Positions 26,330 through 35,032 of a stretch of DNA of 49,631 nt are shown here, one piece after another. The stretch is taken from positions 1-49,631 of IMG/VR virus record IMGVR_UViG_3300023095_000002, one strand, 5' to 3'. This DNA comes from a virus (taxonomy: Duplodnaviria > Caudoviricetes). A program made the position numbers and the translations under genes. The notes beneath the pieces were generated by a model. That model made no database searches, was not told the DNA's origin, and worked only from the letters and a program-made list of their open reading frames with translations. Position 1 is the stretch's first letter. Each line of letters opens with the position of its first letter.

Positions 26330-27169
26330 ATGACCGTCCAAGCTCAAGTAGCAACCTACCGCACCGAATACGTTCAGGCTTTCGAAGCCCGCAAGTCGGA
26401 TCTCGCCGCTCTCGCCACGACCAAGGAAGTCATGTCCTCGGGCCTGACCGCAACGTTCCTCGTCGCTGGCTCCGGTGGTGCATCCGCTGTTACCCGCGGC
26501 CAGAACGGTCTGATCCCATACGGCGCCAACGCCAACAACCAGATCACCGCGACGCTGGTTGAAAAGCATGCCCCGTTCGAAATGACCGGCTTCGATATCT
26601 TTGCCTCGCAGGGTGATCAGAAAAAGATCATGCGCGACAACTCGATCGCCGTGATCAACCGTGAAATCGACGACACCATCCTTGCCGAGCTGGCCAACGC
26701 TACGCAGGACGTCGGCACCGGCACGATGACCCTGGCCACCATTGCGACGGCTGTTGCCGTGCTTGGCCAGAACGACGTGCCGATCGAAGAAGAAAACAAC
26801 ATGTTCGGCATCATGTCGCCGGGCGCCTGGGCCTATCTGATCCAGCTCCCGACGTTCTCTTCGTCCGATTACGTCGACATGAAGCCGCTGTCTGGTCCTG
26901 CCCGCAAGATGGTTCGCTGGGCCGGCGTGAACTGGATCCGCTCTTCGCGTGTTCAGGGCCTCGGCACTGCAAACGAATTTCTCTACATCTGGCACCGCAA
27001 CGCTCTCGGCTATGCAGTGAACCTGGGCGAAGAGAAGATCACCCTTGGCTACGAGGAAAAGCAGCAGGTTTCGTGGACCAACGGCACGATCTACCATGCG
27101 GCCAAGATCCTGCAGAACTCGGGCATCATCAAGATCACCCACAACTCCAGCGCGATCGTTGCCACCTGA
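26330..27169 (+). CDS. Major capsid protein
   Basis: 279 aa, AAGGAG RBS, strong codon bias, INREID..I...L, W.G..WI, WH..A.GYA. Confidence 0.88.
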   Translation: MTVQAQVATYRTEYVQAFEARKSDLAALATTKEVMSSGLTATFLVAGSGGASAVTRGQNGLIPYGANANNQITATLVEKHAPFEMTGFDIFASQGDQKKIMRDNSIAVINREIDDTILAELANATQDVGTGTMTLATIATAVAVLGQNDVPIEEENNMFGIMSPGAWAYLIQLPTFSSSDYVDMKPLSGPARKMVRWAGVNWIRSSRVQGLGTANEFLYIWHRNALGYAVNLGEEKITLGYEEKQQVSWTNGTIYHAAKILQNSGIIKITHNSSAIVAT

Positions 27170-27184
27170 TCGGTTCTGATCATC

Positions 27185-27210
27185 GCCTCGGCCTTCGGGC
27201 CGGGGTTTTC
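27185..27210 (+). terminator. UUCG-capped hairpin with short U-tract between capsid and decoration genes
   Basis: cctcggcc TTCG ggccgggg tttt. Confidence 0.65.
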
Positions 27211-27243
27211 AACTGAACTGGCTACCGAAAAGGAAACATGGCC

Positions 27244-27519
27244 ATGGCTTATAGCGTTCAAAATCCCCCAGCTCTCGTTTATCAGGCCGTTGGCGGCATG
27301 GTGCGTCACTGGGTTTACAAGTCTCCCGATGCTGCTGCTGTCGTTGCCGCTGCCGGTTATTTTACCAACGGTCAGAAGCTCGGCCTTAAGATTGGTGATC
27401 TGATTGAAGTCATCAACACCACTGGCAATATCTCCACGCTGCATCAGGTTTCGGCTGTTGGCCTGACCACGACCGACATCAACGATGCGACCGTGATCAA
27501 CCAGACCGACACCAACTAA
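27244..27519 (+). CDS. Putative capsid decoration/cement protein (91 aa)
   Basis: Immediately after MCP; W.YKS.D....V..AGYF....KLGL..GD.I; function inferred from synteny and size. Confidence 0.65.
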   Translation: MAYSVQNPPALVYQAVGGMVRHWVYKSPDAAAVVAAAGYFTNGQKLGLKIGDLIEVINTTGNISTLHQVSAVGLTTTDINDATVINQTDTN

Positions 27520-27576
27520 CAACCCGGCTTCGGTCGGACGCTTTCGATCGTGGTGTGCCTCTGCTACAGATCGAAT

Positions 27577-27610
27577 GGCCAGGGTTCCGAAAGGGCTCTG
27601 GCCTATTTTC
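27577..27610 (+). terminator. Rho-independent terminator with GAAA loop
   Basis: ggccagggttcc GAAA gggctctggcc tattttc. Confidence 0.7.
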
Positions 27611-27627
27611 ATTAAGAGGTCGCTGCA

Positions 27628-28173
27628 ATGTCCAACACCCCCAAGCTACTCTCGGCCCGCTACATGGGCTCTGCTGAAACCGAGCGCTCGTATTTCCATG
27701 TTGAGGTCGATGCCGACGTTTCGCTGCAAGATATCCTGACCCCTGCATTTTGGGGCCACCACGCTTCTCGCGTGAAGCGCGGCACGCTGATCGATGTGAT
27801 CCGCCGCGATCTGACCCTTGATGTGCAGCTCCGCGTTCTCGAAACCGGCAAGGGCTTCGTCAAGGTTCGCCCCATCCGCGTTTATGAAGATGAGGCCGCT
27901 GCTGCCCAGATCGCCGAAACTGCGGCGCGCATTGAGCAGATCAATGCCGATGACACCGTAGAAAACGAAATCTTGCCTGCTGATTTCTACAAGATCAGCC
28001 ACGTCGCGCGCGGCGCCAAGGCTGGGTTCGTCGTGATCTACAAGCCGACCGACACTCGCATTGCCGAGGCTGTTGCGCTGCGCCCCGACGCCGTGCGCCT
28101 GGCGCTGGCCCATGCCAAGCAGCTCGGCATTGATCTCACTCCTGTCCCGAAAGCCGAGGAAATGGTCGAATGA
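27628..28173 (+). CDS. Hypothetical protein between head and tail modules
   Basis: 181 aa, DILTPAFWGHHA, GAGG RBS. Confidence 0.8.
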   Translation: MSNTPKLLSARYMGSAETERSYFHVEVDADVSLQDILTPAFWGHHASRVKRGTLIDVIRRDLTLDVQLRVLETGKGFVKVRPIRVYEDEAAAAQIAETAARIEQINADDTVENEILPADFYKISHVARGAKAGFVVIYKPTDTRIAEAVALRPDAVRLALAHAKQLGIDLTPVPKAEEMVE

Positions 28174-28796
28174 CGACAAAGCTCAAGCTCTACAATCTCG
28201 CGCTGGGGACGTACATCGGCACCCAGCGCCTCGCCAACCTGACCGAGAACGTAGCATCGCGCTACGCTCTCGACGACGTATTCGACAGCAGCGTTCAATA
28301 CATGCTCGAGCAAGGGCTGTGGAAATTCGCGCTCAAGACGATCAACCTCACTTCGCTTCGCGTTGAAGCCGCTGCCCATCGCTCTTGGGTCTATCCCCTG
28401 CCCGCCGACTTTGTACGCCTGGCCCGCATATCGAACGACAAACGGCTCGACGTGAATGGCCAGCTCGAAGATTTTCTTGAAGAAAACGGGTTTGTTTACA
28501 CCGACAGCGATCGGCTTTGGATTCAGCACGTCTCGAATGACGAAACGCATGGCCTGAACTTCGACCTGTACCCAGCCAATTACGAGCAGGCCGTCGCGTC
28601 CTGGCTGGCCTATCAGTCGCTCTTGCCGGTCAACAAGGATCGAGGCGACCGCGCCGATCTCCTGAAACTGCATGAACGAACCTTGAGCAATTCGCGCCGG
28701 CTCGATGCTGTCGACGAAGCGGTCAAGGCCAAGCCCAGTGGCCGGTGGCCCGCGGCGCGCGGTCGCGTAAGCGGCTATCTCGGAACGACCCGCTAA
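28170..28796 (+). CDS. Tail tubular protein A / adaptor (T7 gp11-like)
   Basis: KL.LYN.AL..., L..G.WKFA.K, Y.LP.DF.RL, F..A....LA. Confidence 0.82.
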   Translation: MTTKLKLYNLALGTYIGTQRLANLTENVASRYALDDVFDSSVQYMLEQGLWKFALKTINLTSLRVEAAAHRSWVYPLPADFVRLARISNDKRLDVNGQLEDFLEENGFVYTDSDRLWIQHVSNDETHGLNFDLYPANYEQAVASWLAYQSLLPVNKDRGDRADLLKLHERTLSNSRRLDAVDEAVKAKPSGRWPAARGRVSGYLGTTR

Positions 28797-28813
28797 CCCA
28801 AGGAGCGCACGCT

Positions 28814-31555
28814 TTGCCCGAAATCCTTTATCACTCAATGGCTGTGGGCGTGGTGGATGCTGACAAGCTCCATCGTGTGGATCTTGAGCGGATGCGCTTG
28901 GCGGCCGAAGAGCAAACCAATCTGGTCTGCGATGTCGTCGGCAAAGCGTTTCTCCGGCCCGGGCTGCAGCATATCGGGATGGCGCATAGCGCGGGCTATC
29001 AGCGATTGATCCCGTTCTATGCTGGCGAGCTGCAAGGGTATGGGCTTTGCCTCACGGCCAACGCGCTCAAGATACTGGATGGCGACGCGTTCGTTTCCCG
29101 GCCCGCTGTCACGACAGCCGTGGTGAATGGGGATTTTACCGGTGCGGGCGGGTGGACGCTCGGGACTGCGGCGGGAACGTCGGTGAGCTACGTGTTCAGC
29201 CAGTTCTTGCGCATGGCTGCGTTCGGGCGGGGGGCGCGAGCCACGGCTCGGCAAGAGGTTTCCGTCACTGGGGCCAATATCGGCAAAGAGCATGGCCTGC
29301 GTATCGATATGAATATCGGCACGGTTCGCATCCGTGTCGGTTCGACTTTGGGCGGGCAGGAATACGTTCGCGAAACGCCACTGCGCCGAGGCTTCCATTC
29401 GCTGGCTTTTATCCCAACGGGCAATTTCTTCATTGAATTTTCAATGACCAGTCCTCGCCCGATCTACATCAACGCTGTTACGGTCGAGCCTGCCGGCGAC
29501 GTTGTGCTACCCACGATATGGGCCGAAGACGATCTGCAGTATATCCGTCATGACCAATCGCTCGATGTGATGTTCCTCGCCTGCGAAGGGCGAATGACCC
29601 AGCGCATTGAAACCCGCGGCGACAATTCCTTTTCGGTCTGCGACTTCATCACCGATGACGGCCCGTTTGCTCTTGGCCAAGTGACCGGCGTGAAGCTAAA
29701 GCCCAACGTAACTGAGGGGGAAGGAAATCTGGATTCCAATATCCCGTTCTTCACCCCTGACCATGTTGGCACGCTGTTCCGCGTTTTCCACGAAGGCCAG
29801 AAGATCGACACCTATGTTTCGGCCGATGGCGAGTTCTCTCCGACGATCATGGTGACGGGCATCAATGAGCCCGATTACAACGAACGCGGATGGAGCTACA
29901 CGATCAGCGGGACGTGGGCCGGCACGCTCAAAGTGCAGCGCTCGTTCGATGGCGATGATGTCGAATTCCACAATTTCCGCAAGGCGTCTGGAACGGCTGA
30001 TCAGAACATCACCGCCAACGTCGCCAACGTTTCGAACGACGACAACGAAGACAACGCGATCGCCTATTATCGCATCGGGTTTGAGCCTGGCACCTATGTC
30101 AGCGGCACTGCCCATATCGAGATCTTCTACAATGGCGGCGGCGGTTTTGGTGTTTGCCATGTGGGTACTTACGTTTCGCCAACGCAGGTCAATATCGACG
30201 TCATCAAGCCATTCAAGGGCACGACGTTCTCTGACAACTGGCGTGAAGGCGCGTGGTCCGAGGCACGCGGCTGGCCGACAAGCCTTGCCTTCCATGAGGG
30301 ACGGCTGTGCTTGGCTGGCTATGACGCCTTTTGGGGTTCGGTGTCTGACGCATACGAATCCTTTGACGAGGATTATGTCGGCGATGCTGGCCCGCTCCTG
30401 CGCTCGATCGCCTTGGGTGGGCGCAACACGGCGCGCTGGCTGGTGTCGATGGGCAATCTCATGCTCGGCACAAGCAGCCTAATCGCTTCGGTGCGCGGAT
30501 CTTCCCTTGACGAAATCATGACCCCGGAAAACTTCGGCATCCGCAAGCAGGATAAGGTCGGCGCTGCTCGCGTCAGCCCGGCGCTGCTGTCAGATGATCG
30601 GGCGCTGTTCGTCGAGTCCGAGGGACGCGCGTTGTTCGAGCTGACCTATGCCTCGGACAAGGGGAAATACAGGGCAACCGAGTTCTCGCGCCTCACGACC
30701 AATCTGTTCAAAACCGGCGTCACCGATATCGCCGTGCAGAACCGGCCAGATCAACGCATCTGGATCACAACCGGGGGCAGCGATACCATCTGCATCGTGT
30801 TCAATCCCGGCCAGGAAGTGGTGGCCCATGTCGTCGTTGCGCTCGACAGCCCGCAAGACCTGATCGAAAGCGTCATGACCCTGCCGGGCACGGCTGGCCA
30901 GGACCGGGTTTTGATGTCGGTGCGCCGCGTGGTCAACGGCGTCACGACGCGCCGGATTGAGCGCATGGCGCTTGATCTTGAGACAGTGCCGGCCGCCATC
31001 ACCAAATGCCTTGATGCTCATGTCGTGTTCGGCGCTGGCAATGCGACAGTTTCGCTGCCCCATTTGATCGGGCGCACGGTCTGGGCGTGGGTCGATGGTC
31101 ATTATGTGGAAGACGAAAGCGGGGCGCCTGTGCCGTTTGTCGTGTCCGGGGCTGGGACTATAACCCTGCCGTCCGCTCCCGCCGTGGGCGGCTGCGCTGG
31201 CCTGCCCTATCGTGGCCGCTACAAATCGGCGAAGCTTGAATACGGCGACGGCGGCAACACATCGGTCATGCGCAACAAGCAACTGACCAGCATTGGCTTG
31301 CTGCTTGCGGATTATTGCCGATCAGGGGTCAGGTTTGGCAGCGAGTTTGATAATCCCAATCATCCGCTCTTCAACCTGCCGTCGACTTACAACAGTGTGC
31401 CGATACCCTCCGACATCATTCTTGGGCCTGGGCCAACTGAACTGACCAATCCCGTTGACGCGCCTGTCACGCTCGACGCTCGCATGTGCATCGAAGTCAC
31501 GAAGCCCGCATCCATCTTGGCGCTGGTCATGGGCTTCGGCGGGCATGGCGGATAA
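28814..31555 (+). CDS. Tail tubular protein B / nozzle (T7 gp12-like)
   Basis: TTG start after AAGGAG; LRPGL, QS.DVMF.AC, W.EGAWS..RGWP...FHEGRL, L.HL.G.TV. Confidence 0.88.
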   Translation: MPEILYHSMAVGVVDADKLHRVDLERMRLAAEEQTNLVCDVVGKAFLRPGLQHIGMAHSAGYQRLIPFYAGELQGYGLCLTANALKILDGDAFVSRPAVTTAVVNGDFTGAGGWTLGTAAGTSVSYVFSQFLRMAAFGRGARATARQEVSVTGANIGKEHGLRIDMNIGTVRIRVGSTLGGQEYVRETPLRRGFHSLAFIPTGNFFIEFSMTSPRPIYINAVTVEPAGDVVLPTIWAEDDLQYIRHDQSLDVMFLACEGRMTQRIETRGDNSFSVCDFITDDGPFALGQVTGVKLKPNVTEGEGNLDSNIPFFTPDHVGTLFRVFHEGQKIDTYVSADGEFSPTIMVTGINEPDYNERGWSYTISGTWAGTLKVQRSFDGDDVEFHNFRKASGTADQNITANVANVSNDDNEDNAIAYYRIGFEPGTYVSGTAHIEIFYNGGGGFGVCHVGTYVSPTQVNIDVIKPFKGTTFSDNWREGAWSEARGWPTSLAFHEGRLCLAGYDAFWGSVSDAYESFDEDYVGDAGPLLRSIALGGRNTARWLVSMGNLMLGTSSLIASVRGSSLDEIMTPENFGIRKQDKVGAARVSPALLSDDRALFVESEGRALFELTYASDKGKYRATEFSRLTTNLFKTGVTDIAVQNRPDQRIWITTGGSDTICIVFNPGQEVVAHVVVALDSPQDLIESVMTLPGTAGQDRVLMSVRRVVNGVTTRRIERMALDLETVPAAITKCLDAHVVFGAGNATVSLPHLIGRTVWAWVDGHYVEDESGAPVPFVVSGAGTITLPSAPAVGGCAGLPYRGRYKSAKLEYGDGGNTSVMRNKQLTSIGLLLADYCRSGVRFGSEFDNPNHPLFNLPSTYNSVPIPSDIILGPGPTELTNPVDAPVTLDARMCIEVTKPASILALVMGFGGHGG

Positions 31556-31917
31556 TGGACGTCATCAAGCTCTCGCCAGACATCATCGGGCAATACATTG
31601 ACGGGGGAGTCGACTTCCCCGTCATCGTTTATGGGGGCGTTGAAAATCGATCCGTCCTCGGGGTCGGCGGGCTGTGCTGGACGGACGGGCAATGCTTCGC
31701 CTGGCTCGACGTGTTCGGCGATATGTCCGCTCATTCATTGGTCCTGTTTCGCCAAGCGCGCCGCATGCTAAAGGTGGCGAGGCAACTGGGTGAAACCGAA
31801 GTGTTCGTCTATCGTGATGAGCATCCCAATTCGGCAAAGCTGCTGGCCATGTTGGGGTTTGAACCAGCCGGGTTCCATGAAGCGATCGGCAAGGAGATTT
31901 TTCGATGTCAGGTCTAG
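31555..31917 (+). CDS. GNAT-fold virion assembly protein (T7 gp13-like position)
   Basis: GVGGL.W, SAKLLAMLGF; follows nozzle gene. Confidence 0.65.
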   Translation: MDVIKLSPDIIGQYIDGGVDFPVIVYGGVENRSVLGVGGLCWTDGQCFAWLDVFGDMSAHSLVLFRQARRMLKVARQLGETEVFVYRDEHPNSAKLLAMLGFEPAGFHEAIGKEIFRCQV

Positions 31918-32357
31918 AAGTTGTAGCACTCGGTGCATTGGTCGGCGGCGTCGCCAGCGCCGGGGCGACAATCTATGCCGGCAACGAAACCCGCAAGGCG
32001 TCGAACGAAGCGGCCAAGCGCACGGTGACGGCGGGCAAGGATGAGTTTGCTGCATCCCAGCGCGAGGCCGAAGAGCGCAAGCTTGAAGGCGCATTGGTCC
32101 TGTCTCGCCAGCAAGCGGCAGCGGCGGCATCGGGCGGCGGCGGCGAGGATGACGCGCCGACAATCAGCCGCATCATGACCGAAACCCGCAAGCGCATTGA
32201 TTATGGCGTCGCCTCTACCCTGGCCGGGGGCCGCAATCGTCAGCAGAACATGCTCGACCGGGCGGATGCGACGCGCAAGAGCGGCAACGCCTCGTTTCTT
32301 GGATCGATCTTCACCGGAATTGGACAGGCTTCGGAAGCTGTCGCAGGAGCATATTGA
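31905..32357 (+). CDS. Small ejection/internal virion protein (gp14-like)
   Basis: Hydrophobic Ala/Gly N-terminus, QAAAAASGG, helical. Confidence 0.75.
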   Translation: MSGLEVVALGALVGGVASAGATIYAGNETRKASNEAAKRTVTAGKDEFAASQREAEERKLEGALVLSRQQAAAAASGGGGEDDAPTISRIMTETRKRIDYGVASTLAGGRNRQQNMLDRADATRKSGNASFLGSIFTGIGQASEAVAGAY

Positions 32358-35032
32358 TGGCCAAGATACCCTCGCCGTATTCGATCTCTGGCCCGGAGAG
32401 CATGCGCCCGCAAGCGCCCGCGCCTGTCGCCGACACGTCTGGCCTGACTGCTGGTGTGCAAAACCTGATCGGCTCCGGGCAGCGGATCATTGCCAAAGAG
32501 CAGGAAAAGCAAAGCCTGATCGATGTGGCTGCTGCCGAAGCCTACTCGACGAAAACGTTCTTGGAGATCGAGAACGAATTTCAGCAGGACGGCGACTATG
32601 CCACGATGGGCGATCGGGCAGCGGCCAAGACGCAGGAGGCCACCAATGCGGCGGCCGAGCTGATCCGCAACCCACAGACCCGGCAGCGCTGGCTTGCCCA
32701 GTCCGAGCCTGAACGCCTGCGCCGCGCCGACTCCATTGGCGACATCGGACGCAACAAGGCCAACGAAGCCGAGCGCGTGAACTTCCTGGGCTCGCTTGAA
32801 AGCTATGGCACCGTGCTTTCCGAGCCGACCATTGACCCTGCGATCAGGGACAAGGCGCGGCGCGATTTGGACGCGACCATCACGGAAGCTCAAACGAGCG
32901 GCCTGCTCGACGCATCGCAAGCGGCTCAAGCTCGCGACACTTACATCAAGAAATCCGAGCAGCAGCTTTCGATCAATACCGCCGACATGCTGATCCGCTC
33001 TGGCCGTCAAGACGAAGTGCTGTCCGGCACCGGCATTGTCTCGACCGGCGACCCCCTGACTGACGCCCGCACGCAAGTCTCGCTGCCCATCGTGACGGGC
33101 GAGGGTGTCAATGTCGCCGACGTCAATCCGGTTGTGCTGACGCGCTTCGAGCAGGTGCAGTCCACCTTCGGCAAGCAGGTTCCGATTATCTCCGGGGTGC
33201 GCTCGCCAGATCATAACGATGAGGTCGGCGGCGCCAGCAACTCGCGTCATGAGCAGGAGAACGGCGGCGACGCGATCGACCTCGACGTTTCGAACCTGTC
33301 CAAAGAGGAGCGGGTCAAGCTGATCGAAACCGCCTCGGCAATGGGCTTCAACGGAATCGGCGTCTACAACAATTCCATCCACCTCGATACTGGCGCAAAG
33401 CGCGTTTGGGGTCCGTCCCATCATGGCGATAGCGTGCCAGCCTGGGCCAAGGATGCGCTCGACCGGCACACTAGCGGCGCCATCACCGAAGTTCCTGTCG
33501 GCGTTGCGGCCAATGTTGATCCCCGATTTGCCTCACTGGACTATCAGCAGCGCTCGGCCCTGTTCGATCAGGCCAAGCAAGCCCGCGTTCGCGAAGATAT
33601 GGAAATGCAGACTGGCCTCGAGCTGACAGCCGAGAACGCGCCGGCCGCCATTGCCCGAACCGGCACCTATGAGAATGGCTTGCCCACGGCCAACGAATAC
33701 GTGCGGGCATATGGCGCTCAAGAGGGCATGCAGAAATGGGAAGCCTTCGACGCTTCGGTCAAGGTTGCGCAGGACTCGTTCTCGATGCGAACCATGTCCG
33801 ACGAGCAGATCAACGCTCTGGTCGAGCAGGCGACGCCAACCGACAACGGCGACGGCGCGGCGCTGCAGGAAAAGGTCTTTCAGCAAACGGCGGCAGCGGC
33901 CAAGGCCACGCTCGACGCCCGGGCTGAAGATCCCAACCTCTATGTCCAAGAGGTCTTTCCCGCTGTCGGCCAAGCATGGGAGCGAGCGACTGCCGACGAT
34001 GCCACGCCGGTTGCATTCAGCCAGGCGCTGACGGTGACGGCGCTGGCGCAAGAGCAGCTTGGCGTTTCCCAGCCTCAATTACTGCCCAAGGCCATGGCGA
34101 CCAATGGCGCCAAAATGTTCAATGACGCCACGCTGACCGACGAAGAACGTCTCGGCGCGCTGACGGGGCTGGTCATGGCAACGAACAAGCCCGAGCAGCA
34201 AGCCCAGATATTCGAGCAGATGGTCGCGGCCGGCGTGCCGGAAACCACGCGCAAGGCGATGGATGCTCTGGCCCGCGGCGATCGGGGGGCAGCGCAGCGC
34301 TTGTTCGCCGCTTCGATGGTCAAGGACATGCCCAACAAGGTCGGCGATATCACCGACGCCCAGATCAATCAGGAAATTCAAAGCGCAGTTTTCGACACCG
34401 GCCAGATCGGCGATGTGGCGTATGACCTGACCTATGGCGCCGGCCAGAATTTCAATGACGCCATCACCGATACCTCGCTCATGACCAACTCGGTCAAGAT
34501 GCGGCTCATGGATGGAACCGCGGGCGGCAATCTCCAGCGAGCGATCGACATGACGGTCAAAGACGTGTTCGGCGATGTGCAGGTTGTGACCGGCTCGTCA
34601 TCGGGCGGCAAGGCCGGCATGAAACTCCTGCTGCCCAAGGATGCCGAAGTCGCCACCTATCAGGCCGGGTTCGATGCCCTGCTCGGTGAGGTCGGCGAAA
34701 AGCTGGCGATTGATCTTGAGCGCGACGCGGGCGACGCCCCAACCGAGGGCAGCCAAGCGGCAATCGCCGATGCGGCCATCAGCAACTATGTCGAGCAAAC
34801 TCTGTCGTCGGGCTATTTCACCGGGGCCGGTGACGGGCTGTTCAAGTTCATGGACCCCAATGCTGGTGCTCCAGTAGAGAACCAAGCGGGCGAGCCGCTG
34901 ACGTTCACGCTTGATGAGGTGTTGGCGGCCGGCGCTACATCGGCGACACTGGCCGCGCCCCGTCGCAATCCTGCTCAAGCCGCTGGCGCCGCTGCTGGCG
35001 CTGGCGTCATCCGTCCCCCCGAGGTTCAGTAA
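32357..35032 (+). CDS. Ejection protein with Peptidase M15-type (Zn) peptidoglycan hydrolase domain
   Basis: ISGVRSPDHN..VGGA.NSRH....AID...GFNGIGVY...IHLD at about 33185-33430. Confidence 0.82.
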   Translation: MAKIPSPYSISGPESMRPQAPAPVADTSGLTAGVQNLIGSGQRIIAKEQEKQSLIDVAAAEAYSTKTFLEIENEFQQDGDYATMGDRAAAKTQEATNAAAELIRNPQTRQRWLAQSEPERLRRADSIGDIGRNKANEAERVNFLGSLESYGTVLSEPTIDPAIRDKARRDLDATITEAQTSGLLDASQAAQARDTYIKKSEQQLSINTADMLIRSGRQDEVLSGTGIVSTGDPLTDARTQVSLPIVTGEGVNVADVNPVVLTRFEQVQSTFGKQVPIISGVRSPDHNDEVGGASNSRHEQENGGDAIDLDVSNLSKEERVKLIETASAMGFNGIGVYNNSIHLDTGAKRVWGPSHHGDSVPAWAKDALDRHTSGAITEVPVGVAANVDPRFASLDYQQRSALFDQAKQARVREDMEMQTGLELTAENAPAAIARTGTYENGLPTANEYVRAYGAQEGMQKWEAFDASVKVAQDSFSMRTMSDEQINALVEQATPTDNGDGAALQEKVFQQTAAAAKATLDARAEDPNLYVQEVFPAVGQAWERATADDATPVAFSQALTVTALAQEQLGVSQPQLLPKAMATNGAKMFNDATLTDEERLGALTGLVMATNKPEQQAQIFEQMVAAGVPETTRKAMDALARGDRGAAQRLFAASMVKDMPNKVGDITDAQINQEIQSAVFDTGQIGDVAYDLTYGAGQNFNDAITDTSLMTNSVKMRLMDGTAGGNLQRAIDMTVKDVFGDVQVVTGSSSGGKAGMKLLLPKDAEVATYQAGFDALLGEVGEKLAIDLERDAGDAPTEGSQAAIADAAISNYVEQTLSSGYFTGAGDGLFKFMDPNAGAPVENQAGEPLTFTLDEVLAAGATSATLAAPRRNPAQAAGAAAGAGVIRPPEVQ

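Noticed and set aside
27160-27250. Readthrough or frameshift fusing capsid to decoration protein
   Set aside because: The genes are out of frame, the GGGGTTTT run lies after the stop codon, and the downstream gene has its own SD
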